Shown here one piece after another: positions 42,013 to 51,970 of a stretch of 54,768 nt of DNA. The notes beneath the pieces are model-generated. The model was not told the origin of the DNA and did no database searches. It worked only from the letters and a program-made list of their open reading frames with translations. Position 1 is the first letter of the stretch. The number at the start of each line of letters is the position of its first letter. Source of the stretch: Methanoregula sp. GTDB lineage: Archaea > Halobacteriota > Methanomicrobia > Methanomicrobiales > Methanospirillaceae. The stretch covers positions 1 through 54,768 of the forward strand of contig JBDKTL010000014.1 of assembly GCA_039698055.1 (NCBI GenBank). Reading direction: 5' to 3'. The position numbers and the translations under genes are program-made.

Positions 42013-43329
42013 TCACTGTTTTTTTCTTTTTACAAATACGTAATAGCCGGTGCCGGCAATGATTGCAGAGATAGCGAGAAGGGCCGCCACCATTGGCAGT
42101 GGGGAATTGGAATCTGGTCGGGCAACTACCTGAACATCCGTTTTGAACATATCCGAAATCTGGCCGTTATCGAGTGAATCCCGGTAACGGATTTCCGTAT
42201 CAAGGGCGTATGATGTGAGATTTGCCTGGCTGTCTGAACTCAGTGCATACCGGGCTGTAGCCCGTCCTCCGGGTTGTATATCCCCAAGGAATGCATTGTT
42301 ATCGGTACTTGTAAATGGCGCAACTGCATTGAGTTGGGACTGTGCGTTGTAAGCTGTGCCTGTCCCGGTATTCTGGTAAACAATCTCGATCATAGCTGTC
42401 TCACCGGGATAAACCGTGGCGGGGGGGGAAATGACGGCAAAGCTGATTTTTCCCCCAACGGGCACACCGATGGTTTCAGGTGATGAGGTTACCTGGTCCC
42501 CTTCCGTATTTTCATACGTGACGGTGACATCGAGCGGGTAGGTCTGCTGCTCCGCATCATTTGAAACAGCAACCTTGAACCAGCAGCTGACGACACTGTT
42601 TAACGGAAACTCCCCGATAAATACTGAATTATCCGTCGGGATTACTGGGCTCATGTCGTTCCTGGTAATTTTTACCGTCGCTTTCCTCCCTGTTTCTGCC
42701 CCGATGTTTTTTATGGTAAGGTTAAGGAAGCCTTCCGTGCCGGCATTGATGTTTTCGGGAACCACATTCAGTACGGCAATTTTCACCAGTTTTTTAATTT
42801 TTATTGTGACGGGCAGGGTGTCGGTCACATCATTATACAGGAATTGGAGACTGTCACCTGCCTCCTGATTCTGCACTTTAAGATATTTGTACTGGAGGGT
42901 AAGGGGGATCTGGTATTCCCCGACCGTGGCGTTTGAGAGAATCTTTACGTTGAACCGGAGGGGCACTTTACCGGGGCTTGTGAGATCTCCTGTCATCTGG
43001 GGATCTGTTTTGACGATAACCGGGGCTTTGCCTGCTGACAATACCGCCGTTAACTGTTTGGCGGTTGTCGGGCGATCATCCGGCTGGAGGGTCCCTGAAT
43101 TGGTAAATTTCATTTCATCAACGCCACTGTTTTGTACCATAATGGTGATCGTGGCGTCCTCTCCCGGGTTGAATTCAGATAGACCGGTGACATACGCAGT
43201 CATCTGGGGGCTTCCCCCGAAATATCTTATCGCCCCCATGGCCGGCATGCTGCACGAGGCAGCAACCAGCACAAGGAGGATTAACGTCATATAATGTTTC
43301 ATCTGGAATGCCTTTTTGTGTAGATTCAT
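42013..43329 (-). CDS. COG1361 S-layer-domain (Ig-like/CARDB) protein with C-terminal TM anchor
   Basis: Signal peptide, three Ig-like repeats (GEDATITIMVQNSG, IKNIG, YQNTG...LGDIQPG), TM helix + KRKK. Confidence 0.85.
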   Translation of the reverse strand: MNLHKKAFQMKHYMTLILLVLVAASCSMPAMGAIRYFGGSPQMTAYVTGLSEFNPGEDATITIMVQNSGVDEMKFTNSGTLQPDDRPTTAKQLTAVLSAGKAPVIVKTDPQMTGDLTSPGKVPLRFNVKILSNATVGEYQIPLTLQYKYLKVQNQEAGDSLQFLYNDVTDTLPVTIKIKKLVKIAVLNVVPENINAGTEGFLNLTIKNIGAETGRKATVKITRNDMSPVIPTDNSVFIGEFPLNSVVSCWFKVAVSNDAEQQTYPLDVTVTYENTEGDQVTSSPETIGVPVGGKISFAVISPPATVYPGETAMIEIVYQNTGTGTAYNAQSQLNAVAPFTSTDNNAFLGDIQPGGRATARYALSSDSQANLTSYALDTEIRYRDSLDNGQISDMFKTDVQVVARPDSNSPLPMVAALLAISAIIAGTGYYVFVKRKKQ

Positions 43330-43335
43330 GGTTGG

Positions 43336-45684
43336 TTATTCGAAATTCTCTACCGGATCGATACTATGGACAGCATGAGTGGAACTTTTCTTCCTCGTTT
43401 CCAGCCACTCGGTGAGCTGCCCCATCAGCGAGAGCACAGCGGGCATGATAAAGATGGCACCGATGAGCGAGAAACCCACTGCAATCAGGGTTGAAACCCC
43501 GAAATTGCTGATGATGGGAAAACTTGCAAGGCAGAGGGCAGAGAAACCAAAGAACGTGGCAAGCCCTGACACGGTGATCGCGGTACCAATCCTGCTGACA
43601 CTCTCCTGTATGGCGGCGATATGGTCATGCAGCCGCTCCTCCTCTTCCGTGTACCGCTCCATGACAAGAATCGTGTATTCGGCCGCGACACCAATCGTCA
43701 TTGAGCCGAGGGTGGCTGTCAGTGGGGTATATGCGAGACCCAGCACGTACATCGCCACTGCGTTCCATCCGACAATGAGGATGATTGGAACGAGCGGGGA
43801 TACGGCATGGATATGCCGGTACACGAGCGCAAGAAAGATAAAGACAAAGATAAACCCTAAATACGTCATCTCCTCTTTTGACGATGAAAGCCCGCCGATC
43901 AGGGAGGTGAAAAGCTCAAATGTCCCAACGGGTGCAACGGTAATTCCCGGTGGAGGCTGGAGAAACGCAATATCCTTTATCATCTGGTCTTTGAGACTTG
44001 CCTGGGTGGTCATTTCCATTTTAATGGTACTAAACCGGATGACCCCTTCCATCGAACCGCTCATGTAGGGTTTTTTAACGCCTTCAGGGATTTTTTCAAG
44101 CACCGCATTGAGCTGGCTCTGGGTTTCCGGCAGCACCCCCCTGTTATAGGCAAGAATATACGTAACAATACTGGTTCCGCTGGTGAGTTCAGTATGTTTC
44201 GAGAGTTCATACTCTTGGAATTGCTTCATCCATGTTATGGTATCGAGATCCGTTACACGGCTGCCCTGTATGATAAAATCGGCAGTACTTGTAGAACCAA
44301 GAATCCGGGTCACTTTATCCATCTGGACTTTTGCCGGCATATCACTGGGAACAAAACTGTTCTCATTGGTTTCTATCGGTATCTGGGGATCGATAGAGAA
44401 GCCCACGAGTGCAATCATTCCTCCTATCAGGAGGATGGGGATGGGGTTTTTGGCAATTTTTACTGAAACATCGGTGAGGAACTGACCGTATGACCACGAG
44501 CTTTTTTTCTTTGCCCCGTTTTTTCTGGCACCGGGCTCCTGTGACGGGAGGAAATCACACGCGCCTTCACCAACGGCATAACACACTTCAGCCGGTTGTT
44601 TCTTTGGCGTATATTTGAGAAGGTGGGCAATAGTCGGGATTCCGACAAGAGATATGATATAACAACTGCCCACCCCGATTATTGCGACAAGCCCAAAAGA
44701 CCTGATCATTGGGAGTGTAGAGACAAACATTGCTAAGAATCCCATGCAGGTGGCAAGCATTGCGTACATGACGGCTGGACCGGTGCGTGTCACGGTCGTA
44801 AAGACTGCTTTATCAAGGGACCCTTTCCGTGATTCTTCGTCAAAACGGGCATGGAACTGGATCCCGTAATCGATCCCAAGACCGATCATGACAGGAAACG
44901 CTCCCAGTACCGCCATGTTGAGCTTGATGCCCGCAAGGCCCATGAAACCCAGTGCGGTCGTGAGCCCGATCCCGACAAACAGGACCGGCAGGAACCGGTG
45001 ACTGACATAGGAGAACAGGATGCCCATGACAATAATCATCAGGAGCATGGCCCCGCCAATGAGTACTCCCATCGAAGAGCCCATCTCTGTTTTCATCTGT
45101 TCTGAAAATGCCGGGCTTCCTGAAACAGTAATTTTTACTCCCGGTGGCGGGCTGTCATGAGCGATAAGGGATTCCACATTCTTCAGGGTGGCCGTCTTCG
45201 CATCATCAGATAATGCCTGTGAGAGTGATATCTGCACCAGCGTCAGGACATTGGACGGTACTGCGGTATCCTTTACTTCTGGTGGCAGGTGTGAGATGAT
45301 AGTGTTGATCTCACCTTTTGACTGGGGCAGCACGCCGCCATTGGCACTTTTTAAGATATCCGCGATACCCATAGTGGATTCGACATTCTGCTGCTGGCGG
45401 ATATCTCCTTCGAGTGTATCGAGATATTTGAGCGTTTCAGGATTGAGGGGATCGTTTGTTTCCACAATCAGGATGAGGACATTTGACGAGAACGTATCTG
45501 TATAATGGTTGTTGAGAATTCCCCCCGGGCTGTCTTTATCAACGTAGGTGTCGTTACCGGTTTCCATCGTGATGAGTGTCACACCATAGAGTGCAACGAT
45601 TAACGTAAGCCCGATGATGCCGGCAATGAGCCGGGGATGGTGGTTGATTGCCTGTGCAACTTTTCCAAAAAGTTCTTCGATCAT
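43336..45684 (-). CDS. RND/MMPL superfamily exporter (archaeal HAE3 type)
   Basis: Two repeats of TM1 + large loop + 5 TM; GLGIDYGIQF and GVAAEYTIL TM4/TM10 motifs. Confidence 0.9.
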   Translation of the reverse strand: MIEELFGKVAQAINHHPRLIAGIIGLTLIVALYGVTLITMETGNDTYVDKDSPGGILNNHYTDTFSSNVLILIVETNDPLNPETLKYLDTLEGDIRQQQNVESTMGIADILKSANGGVLPQSKGEINTIISHLPPEVKDTAVPSNVLTLVQISLSQALSDDAKTATLKNVESLIAHDSPPPGVKITVSGSPAFSEQMKTEMGSSMGVLIGGAMLLMIIVMGILFSYVSHRFLPVLFVGIGLTTALGFMGLAGIKLNMAVLGAFPVMIGLGIDYGIQFHARFDEESRKGSLDKAVFTTVTRTGPAVMYAMLATCMGFLAMFVSTLPMIRSFGLVAIIGVGSCYIISLVGIPTIAHLLKYTPKKQPAEVCYAVGEGACDFLPSQEPGARKNGAKKKSSWSYGQFLTDVSVKIAKNPIPILLIGGMIALVGFSIDPQIPIETNENSFVPSDMPAKVQMDKVTRILGSTSTADFIIQGSRVTDLDTITWMKQFQEYELSKHTELTSGTSIVTYILAYNRGVLPETQSQLNAVLEKIPEGVKKPYMSGSMEGVIRFSTIKMEMTTQASLKDQMIKDIAFLQPPPGITVAPVGTFELFTSLIGGLSSSKEEMTYLGFIFVFIFLALVYRHIHAVSPLVPIILIVGWNAVAMYVLGLAYTPLTATLGSMTIGVAAEYTILVMERYTEEEERLHDHIAAIQESVSRIGTAITVSGLATFFGFSALCLASFPIISNFGVSTLIAVGFSLIGAIFIMPAVLSLMGQLTEWLETRKKSSTHAVHSIDPVENFE

Positions 45685-45814
45685 GAGAATACCCCGCCGC
45701 TGGCAAATGAGGCATGAATTAACGTCATGCGGGAAGGGGGATACCCGTCCTGTCTATGATTGCTTATTTTAAAGCAGCACGAAACACGCAGTTCTGTCAT
45801 GAACATCCCCGGTT

Positions 45815-47188
45815 TTACTGTGCGATCATTTTCCTGCGGTAAATCAGGTAGCCGGCTACGATAATGACCACGACAATACTACACTGGACAAACCGGTTGT
45901 TGAGCAGATCGCTCATGCTCGTATCAGGTACCACATTAATGCGGACTTTCATCGGATCGGATATGATCGTGTTATCCAGCGCATCGCGGAACCGTATCTC
46001 GGAATCAACCCCGTATTCTTTGATGGTCGCTGTTTTGTCAGTTGATATTTCAAATGACGCTTCCTTGCTCTCTCCGGGAGCGAGTGTGCCTAAAAAGGCA
46101 GTATCATCGTTGGTTGTGAACGGATCAACCGCGCTGATGCGTGCCTGGGCATTATACGCAGGAGCGCCACCGGTATTTTTATAGACGACTGTAATCACTT
46201 TTTTCTGACCGGGCATGATCTCCGTAGACATTGAGGAAACGACAAACGAGACTTTCTTTCCCACCGGCAATCCAATGGTCTCCGCATCAGATGAAACCAC
46301 ATCTCCTTCGGCGTTCTCGTACTCTGCGTGTAAATCGAGCGGGTAAACCTGTTCTTCAGCATCATCCGTGACCGTGACCTTGAACTGGCTGTTCACGGTT
46401 CCGCCAGCGGGGAAATCCCCGATATACACGGTGCTGGTCTTAGGAGTTATCGGGCTGTTATCATTGCGGGTAATCTTGAGAACTGCTTTTTTCCCGTCCT
46501 CGTGGCCGATGTTCTTGACTTCAAGCGTGACATAGCCTTCTGTACCGGCATTGAGGTGATCCACAACGGCTGAGAGGACATTTAACCTGACTTCCTTTTT
46601 GATGGTAACCGGGAGGCTGACGTTCTCGTTGATGTGTTTATAGTAATACTGGATGGTTTCCGATCCGTACTGGTCTGCTTCATATAAGTACGAATAGTCG
46701 AGGGTGAGGGGAAGGTTGTAGGTACCTGCTGGTGCATCCGCGAGTACTTTGATGGTAAAAACACTTGTGCCCGTAGTGCTGGACTTCACATCGCCAATCA
46801 TCTGGGGATCAGATTTGATCGTGATCGGTGCCGTACCGGCATCAAGTGACACCTTGAGGAATTTTGCGGTATTGGGAAGATCTTCACGGTCAACAATTCC
46901 AGACTGGACGAACTTGAACTCGTTGATACCTTTGTTTTCGATAATGACCGTGAGTGGTACGGTCTCACCCGGGTCAAACTCGTTTGTACCGGAGATGTAC
47001 GCTGTCAGCTCCGGGCTTCCTGCCATGTACTTTGTTCCCGCAAGTGCCGGGGAGATAACAACACAGGCAATTGTAATGACGATGAGGCAGGTGCACCACA
47101 ACCCGGTACGGTTTGCAGGTGCATGGCGGGCAGGTGCCTTGTCATGGGAATCTTGGTTTCTGGATATGTTCTGAATTGAATTCATCAA
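45815..47188 (-). CDS. COG1361 S-layer-domain protein, paralog of 42013-43329
   Basis: Colinear with the other copy (G.P.LTAY..G..EF.PGE, PTTAK/PNTAK, DPQM.GD, NAGTEG, YPLD); C-terminal TM. Confidence 0.85.
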   Translation of the reverse strand: MMNSIQNISRNQDSHDKAPARHAPANRTGLWCTCLIVITIACVVISPALAGTKYMAGSPELTAYISGTNEFDPGETVPLTVIIENKGINEFKFVQSGIVDREDLPNTAKFLKVSLDAGTAPITIKSDPQMIGDVKSSTTGTSVFTIKVLADAPAGTYNLPLTLDYSYLYEADQYGSETIQYYYKHINENVSLPVTIKKEVRLNVLSAVVDHLNAGTEGYVTLEVKNIGHEDGKKAVLKITRNDNSPITPKTSTVYIGDFPAGGTVNSQFKVTVTDDAEEQVYPLDLHAEYENAEGDVVSSDAETIGLPVGKKVSFVVSSMSTEIMPGQKKVITVVYKNTGGAPAYNAQARISAVDPFTTNDDTAFLGTLAPGESKEASFEISTDKTATIKEYGVDSEIRFRDALDNTIISDPMKVRINVVPDTSMSDLLNNRFVQCSIVVVIIVAGYLIYRRKMIAQ

Positions 47189-47265
47189 TAGTCCTCATTT
47201 TTTTTAAAAATTGCTTTGTACTCGTTGAAATTTATAGTATAAAAACATAGCCATTATAGATTATA

Positions 47266-47275
47266 CATACGTATG
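47266..47275. promoter_or_regulatory. Perfect palindrome CATACGTATG upstream of the COG1361-RND operon (candidate operator)
   Basis: 10-bp palindrome about 22 bp upstream (minus-strand sense) of a TTTATA-N-TATAAA TATA-like element at 47231-47243. Confidence 0.35.
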
Positions 47276-47466
47276 ATAAATAAAAATGCAATGCGGTCTG
47301 GCCAAATTCAATTGCTATAAGCGCGGATCTGCAACCAAAAGATCGCAAAGAAAAATTACAACACTATCTGTGATCATCAAAAAAGATCTAGGACTGCGCG
47401 GAAAAATGGTTCGAAACAGGAAATTATTTAAAAGTAATGGAAATATCCGGGAGTTTTCCCTTAATT

Positions 47467-48810
47467 TTACGTAAGAATCTGCTGAAGGGATGCAATCCGG
47501 TCCCGGAGTTCCCGTTCACGCTCGGCCGATTCTGTGATATCAGTCATCGTGACGTACAAGCTGACCGTATCTCCAAGAACTGCCTTCTTTACACGCATCA
47601 GGATACACCGGCGTTGTTTGTCTTTACGGTTAATCCAGATCGTAAATCCTTCCGGGGCCGGGGGTTCTGAGTCGATATTGGCAAACATTGCTTCGATCTT
47701 CTTGAGATCATCAGGAGAAATGAGATCCGGGGGCTGCATTGTCAGGATCTCATCATTAGAATACCCTGAAATTTCTGCAATACGCCTGTTGGCAAAGACA
47801 AATTTTTCGTTTTCCATGATAACGAGCCCGTCTGGCATATTCTCCGCCATCGTTCGGAAACGCTGCTCGCTCTGCTGGAGATCTGCTTCTTTTTCTTTGA
47901 GATCCGTGAGATCCGTAAGGATGACGAAAGTATATTGGGTATTCGAGTGCTGGACAGATGTGATACGGGCATATACAAACCGGCGTTTTCCCTCCTTGGT
48001 GATGATCCACATCTGGAGGTCTCCGGATATTTCCCGGTGATTCTCCAGGTTCTGGATCTGTTCCTGTACTTTTGCCCGGCATTCCGGTGCAATCATGGCA
48101 AGCGGTCCCATGTTCCATAATTCCTCGTAGGTGTATCCGGTCATCTCTGCGATCCGCCGGTTGACAAAAACGTGCTTGTCATTTTCCATGATAAGCAGTC
48201 CGTCCTGGATGTTTTCTGCCATCATGCGGAACCGCTCTTCACTCTCCCGCACTTCCCGTTCGGCATGGACCGTATCCGTGATATCTTCGAGAATAATCGT
48301 GATGCCTTTGCCGCCATCATCAAAAACGGATGGCACAGATTTCTGTTTGAAGATACGCTCGCTGCCCCCTTTGACCGGGAAGGTGATAATGTGCTCTTTT
48401 TTGTCAAAACCCATATTTAACGTCGCGAGGAGCTCGTGAACATCGACATCGGGAGAGCTGATAAATTCGAGGTTCTTGCCAACCGTTTCCTGCCGGGTGA
48501 GATGCAGGAGCTCGAGAAAATTATCGTTAATCTCGATAATCCGTGATTCGGCATCGAGGAGCATGATCATGTCGTTTGAATAGGAAAGCATTGCCGAGAT
48601 GGGGACACGCTCCGAGAGGGTGAATACTTTTGCCATCCCGTATGTCCGCATGGCAACCTGCCCGGAGATGAGCAGGATGTCGAGATACCGGCCAACGGTA
48701 TTTTTATTCTTGTTGAGTGCTTTTGAAATATCGGTGACACTCATGCCCGCCAGGTTTTTCTTGAGCACCTCTTTAATGGCCGATAGTTCCTGCTGGTAAT
48801 CCTGCATCAT
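47467..48810 (-). CDS. One-component regulator: N-terminal HTH + three PAS domains
   Basis: GMSVTDISKAL..NKNTVGRYLDIL HTH; three PAS repeats (two preceded by SE.RFR.MAEN); no kinase domain; ATG at 48810 preferred. Confidence 0.87.
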   Translation of the reverse strand: MMQDYQQELSAIKEVLKKNLAGMSVTDISKALNKNKNTVGRYLDILLISGQVAMRTYGMAKVFTLSERVPISAMLSYSNDMIMLLDAESRIIEINDNFLELLHLTRQETVGKNLEFISSPDVDVHELLATLNMGFDKKEHIITFPVKGGSERIFKQKSVPSVFDDGGKGITIILEDITDTVHAEREVRESEERFRMMAENIQDGLLIMENDKHVFVNRRIAEMTGYTYEELWNMGPLAMIAPECRAKVQEQIQNLENHREISGDLQMWIITKEGKRRFVYARITSVQHSNTQYTFVILTDLTDLKEKEADLQQSEQRFRTMAENMPDGLVIMENEKFVFANRRIAEISGYSNDEILTMQPPDLISPDDLKKIEAMFANIDSEPPAPEGFTIWINRKDKQRRCILMRVKKAVLGDTVSLYVTMTDITESAERERELRDRIASLQQILT

Positions 48811-48969
48811 ATGAATTGAGACCTTTTCGCATGTTCTTGTATGTTGGGAGACATTTATAACTCTTTTTGATGATAAGTGTGTATAATCAATAAGCGAAAT
48901 ATTTTTATTTACAATTGACATATCATTTTATTACATAGCAGGTATTTGCTATGATAAGTGAGGAGTCAT

Positions 48970-49644
48970 ATGGATGTTGTAGCTAATAGTTTTGTTTCGG
49001 GATGGTATACGACGCTTGGTGCGAGCCTTCCCAGTATTCTTGGTGCATTGTTAATTCTGATTGTAGGCTGGATTGTCGGCCGGCTGCTTGGGAAAGCGGT
49101 CAGGATTGTGCTGGATAAAATTGCCGAACAGGCGATTATCAGCAAAACAGAATTTGCCGGTTCAGTGAAAAAGTCTGGTGTCACGATAGGATATCTCGGG
49201 GATATCTTGGTCAGGCTTGTCGTCTACCTGATTGCCATTATTGCTGCCGTCGACCTGTTGAAACTGGAGCATTTGAGCAACCTGATGACCTCGATTGTTC
49301 AATACATCCCCCATATCGTTGCGTTTGTTGCAATCATCGTTGTCGGGTTCATCCTCATCGATTATTTCATCGACTTCCTGAACAAATTCTACAGCACTGC
49401 GGATATTGAGTTCATCTCTCCTGTGCTGGTTCTCATGCGGATCTTTTTGTATTTTGTCGTTGTTATTCTTGGCCTCTCGCAGCTGATGCTTGATCTCACG
49501 ATTATTTATACGTTCATTACCCCGGTTGCATGGGGTCTTGGTATCGGCCTTGGGGCGGCGATTGCTATCACGTTCTGGTACGGTATGAAAGACCGGAGCG
49601 TCGCGGTTGTTGACCAGGTCTTCAGTATGTTCCAGAAAAAGTAA
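48970..49644 (+). CDS. Conserved TM-helix repeat protein (small mechanosensitive channel-associated family)
   Basis: Two LP.I..A..I..VG repeats; all-TM; no MscS cytoplasmic domain. Confidence 0.8.
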   Translation: MDVVANSFVSGWYTTLGASLPSILGALLILIVGWIVGRLLGKAVRIVLDKIAEQAIISKTEFAGSVKKSGVTIGYLGDILVRLVVYLIAIIAAVDLLKLEHLSNLMTSIVQYIPHIVAFVAIIVVGFILIDYFIDFLNKFYSTADIEFISPVLVLMRIFLYFVVVILGLSQLMLDLTIIYTFITPVAWGLGIGLGAAIAITFWYGMKDRSVAVVDQVFSMFQKK

Positions 49645-49812
49645 TATATTGATTTACCCTCTCATTTTTTCCGGGGTAAGGCAGCGGTTTTCCGGCATTG
49701 ATCGGTTGCGCTGTTGCAGCACATTTTTATCAGATATGACAACGACCCTTTTTTCAACCGGGAAGTCTGTCATATAACTGACGGTTCAGGGACATTTTTT
49801 ATAAACGAAGAG

Positions 49813-49887
49813 CGGGCCTGGGGGGATTTGAACCCCCGACGTCCGGGTTAGAAGCCCGGCGCTATGTCCAAGCTAAGCCACAAGCCC
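49813..49887 (-). tRNA. tRNA-Arg(TCT)
   Basis: Acceptor GGGCTTG/CAGGCCC+G, anticodon arm CCGGG-CTTCTAA-CCCGG, T-loop TTCAAAT; no intron. Confidence 0.96.
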
Positions 49888-49963
49888 ACATTGACGCCTA
49901 TTACGTACGTGCTGCGGGCTAATTAATCTGCTTCAGAAAAATAACGTGGATAAAAAACGGTGA

Positions 49964-50251
49964 TTATTTTTTTTCGATCCTGCTGATGATATCGTCAAGG
50001 CGTGCGGTGATATGTTCAAGTTTCTGTTCTGTTGATGTAATCCTGAAATTGCTGATGGCAAACCAGATCATGGTGCAGGCGACCCCGAATGCGGCAATCG
50101 CAAGCATATACAGGTCAAGTGACCCGCTTTTGTTAGCTGCTACCATATAGAGGCTGAAGATGATGAGATACGTACCGATACAAAGGATTAACCCCAGGAA
50201 AATAAGCTGTGTCCAGTCACGGACGCTGTAATTTTTCGACTTTTCAAACAT
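49964..50251 (-). CDS. Hypothetical 2-TM membrane protein with C-terminal coiled coil
   Basis: Two hydrophobic helices then a heptad tail; TATA-like TATATATA upstream. Confidence 0.75.
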   Translation of the reverse strand: MFEKSKNYSVRDWTQLIFLGLILCIGTYLIIFSLYMVAANKSGSLDLYMLAIAAFGVACTMIWFAISNFRITSTEQKLEHITARLDDIISRIEKK

Positions 50252-50582
50252 GATCTCTCAAGAGTGTACGATAATTTTTCATACTATATATAACGTCAGT
50301 TTCGTGGTACCGGGATTCCCTTTTTTAAGGTACCTATCTCCATTGTTCTCATAATCGTGGCTTTTTTTTGTGGGGAGGATATTAAAACCGCTATCTGCGT
50401 TTTTATTTTTACCGGAGGATCATGTGAAACAGATGTGGTTTTTAAAAGTGACATACATGAATTGCACAATGCTTATTGGTTTTTGTTTTACGCATTTTTG
50501 GTTTCCGGGTAAATTTAAAAAAATTTATCCGATGGCGGTTGCAAGATACGTTCAATCGATTGGATGATGAGGAAGTATTGCA

Positions 50583-51839
50583 ATGAAACCACTATTTTTC
50601 ATAATCGGGCTGCTCGCGATGGTACTGCTCATTCCGGCTGCGGTATCTGCAACGGGTAATATTACGGTGAGTTCCACTCCTGACGGGGCCTCAATCTATC
50701 TCGATGGAGCCTATCAGGGTTTGACTACAAAAACAATCGAAGCGGTGACAAGCGGTGACCATACAATCGTTTTGACCCGATCCGGATATGTGAATTATAC
50801 CTTCAGTAGTTTTCCTGTGAGCGATGATCAGACCACCCCGCTTACAGCAGTCCTGACTGCAGTTCCCCCCGCCCCAACCATTTCGAGCCTTTCCCCCAAC
50901 AATGGCTATAATTCATCCAGTGTTACCGCCACGATTTCCGGAACCGGCTTTTCGACCTCCCTGACCACATCATCAATCGTGCTGATGAAATCCGGGCAGA
51001 TAAATATTACGGCAGCCTCGTTCACTGCACTTAGCACCACATCTATCACCTGTAGTTTTCCCATCACGGGAAAACCTGCCGGCGTATGGACAGTCGTTGT
51101 GACAAATCCTGATGGCCAGTACGACGACTACCCTTTTACGATAAATGATGCGGGATCAACCATTACCCTCACGTCAATAACCCCCAATAACGGACTGGTC
51201 AATACGACTATTTCTGTCACCAGTCTTGCGGGAACCAATTTTATGAGCACGTCAAGTATGAAGCTTTCCCGGAGCGGGTACAACGACATACCCGGCACAG
51301 TATCATCCTATTCCTCAACACAACTCGCCGGCACATTTGATTTAAGCGGGAGAGCACCCGGCACCTACCAGGTCTGTGTCGCTAATGACGCAGCCACTTA
51401 TGTGTGCGGTCTTTCATTTGCGGTAACCTCGCCGGATACGGTAAACGGTACATTCTCCATCACCTCATCTCCTTCCAATTCAAACGTATACATCGATTCC
51501 GTATTGCGTGGCCTGACCCCGTTGATTCTCTATAATATCACACCGGACACCTATATCGTCAGCATCCGGAAAAACGGATATATTTCTTACTCTCACCAGT
51601 TCGCCGTGACTGCCGGGAATACAACCTACGTGGGTGCCACACTGTCTGCCGATGTCACCGACACACCCACATACTCGTATCCAACGGCCACAAGAACGAC
51701 AACTCCTCTAAAACCATCCACGTTAAAGACCTATACCCCATGGCCAACCGCGACCCCGACCCCACAGTCCCCGGTTCCCATTGAATTGTGCTGCGCAGCA
51801 ATTGCACTTGGTCTTATTGCGGTACAGAATAAGAACTGA
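50583..51839 (+). CDS. PEGA + IPT/TIG domain surface glycoprotein with probable C-terminal sorting signal
   Basis: Signal peptide; two PEGA repeats (SSTPDGASIYLDG, TSSPSNSNVYID) flanking two IPT/TIG repeats (PTISSLSPN, LTSITPN); Thr/Pro stalk, SPVP, TM; many NxS/T sequons. Confidence 0.88.
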   Translation: MKPLFFIIGLLAMVLLIPAAVSATGNITVSSTPDGASIYLDGAYQGLTTKTIEAVTSGDHTIVLTRSGYVNYTFSSFPVSDDQTTPLTAVLTAVPPAPTISSLSPNNGYNSSSVTATISGTGFSTSLTTSSIVLMKSGQINITAASFTALSTTSITCSFPITGKPAGVWTVVVTNPDGQYDDYPFTINDAGSTITLTSITPNNGLVNTTISVTSLAGTNFMSTSSMKLSRSGYNDIPGTVSSYSSTQLAGTFDLSGRAPGTYQVCVANDAATYVCGLSFAVTSPDTVNGTFSITSSPSNSNVYIDSVLRGLTPLILYNITPDTYIVSIRKNGYISYSHQFAVTAGNTTYVGATLSADVTDTPTYSYPTATRTTTPLKPSTLKTYTPWPTATPTPQSPVPIELCCAAIALGLIAVQNKN

Positions 51840-51919
51840 TGTGAGGGTGGCGAGGAATCCTTTTTTTTAGTCCGATCCAGAATTCCCCTGCCCGGACAGG
51901 CCGCTTCCCCACGGTATCA

Positions 51920-51970
51920 ATCTGGTTTCACCATCGTTTCATCTGGTTTCACCATCGTTTCATCTGGTTT
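51920..51970. repeat. 21-bp tandem repeat ATCTGGTTTCACCATCGTTTC, about 2.4 copies
   Basis: Exact copies at 51920-51940 and 51941-51961, partial copy at 51962-51970; no spacers. Confidence 0.9.

Noticed and set aside
45681-45800. Short ORF between the upstream COG1361 gene and the RND gene
   Set aside because: Same ATGA artefact; the peptide has no convincing features.
50370-50567. 65-aa ORF upstream of the PEGA gene, and the similar ORF at 52014-52205
   Set aside because: Both lie in T-rich intergenic or promoter DNA with no RBS or protein-like pattern.
51920-51970. Possible CRISPR mini-array
   Set aside because: The repeats are contiguous without spacers, and there are no cas genes.
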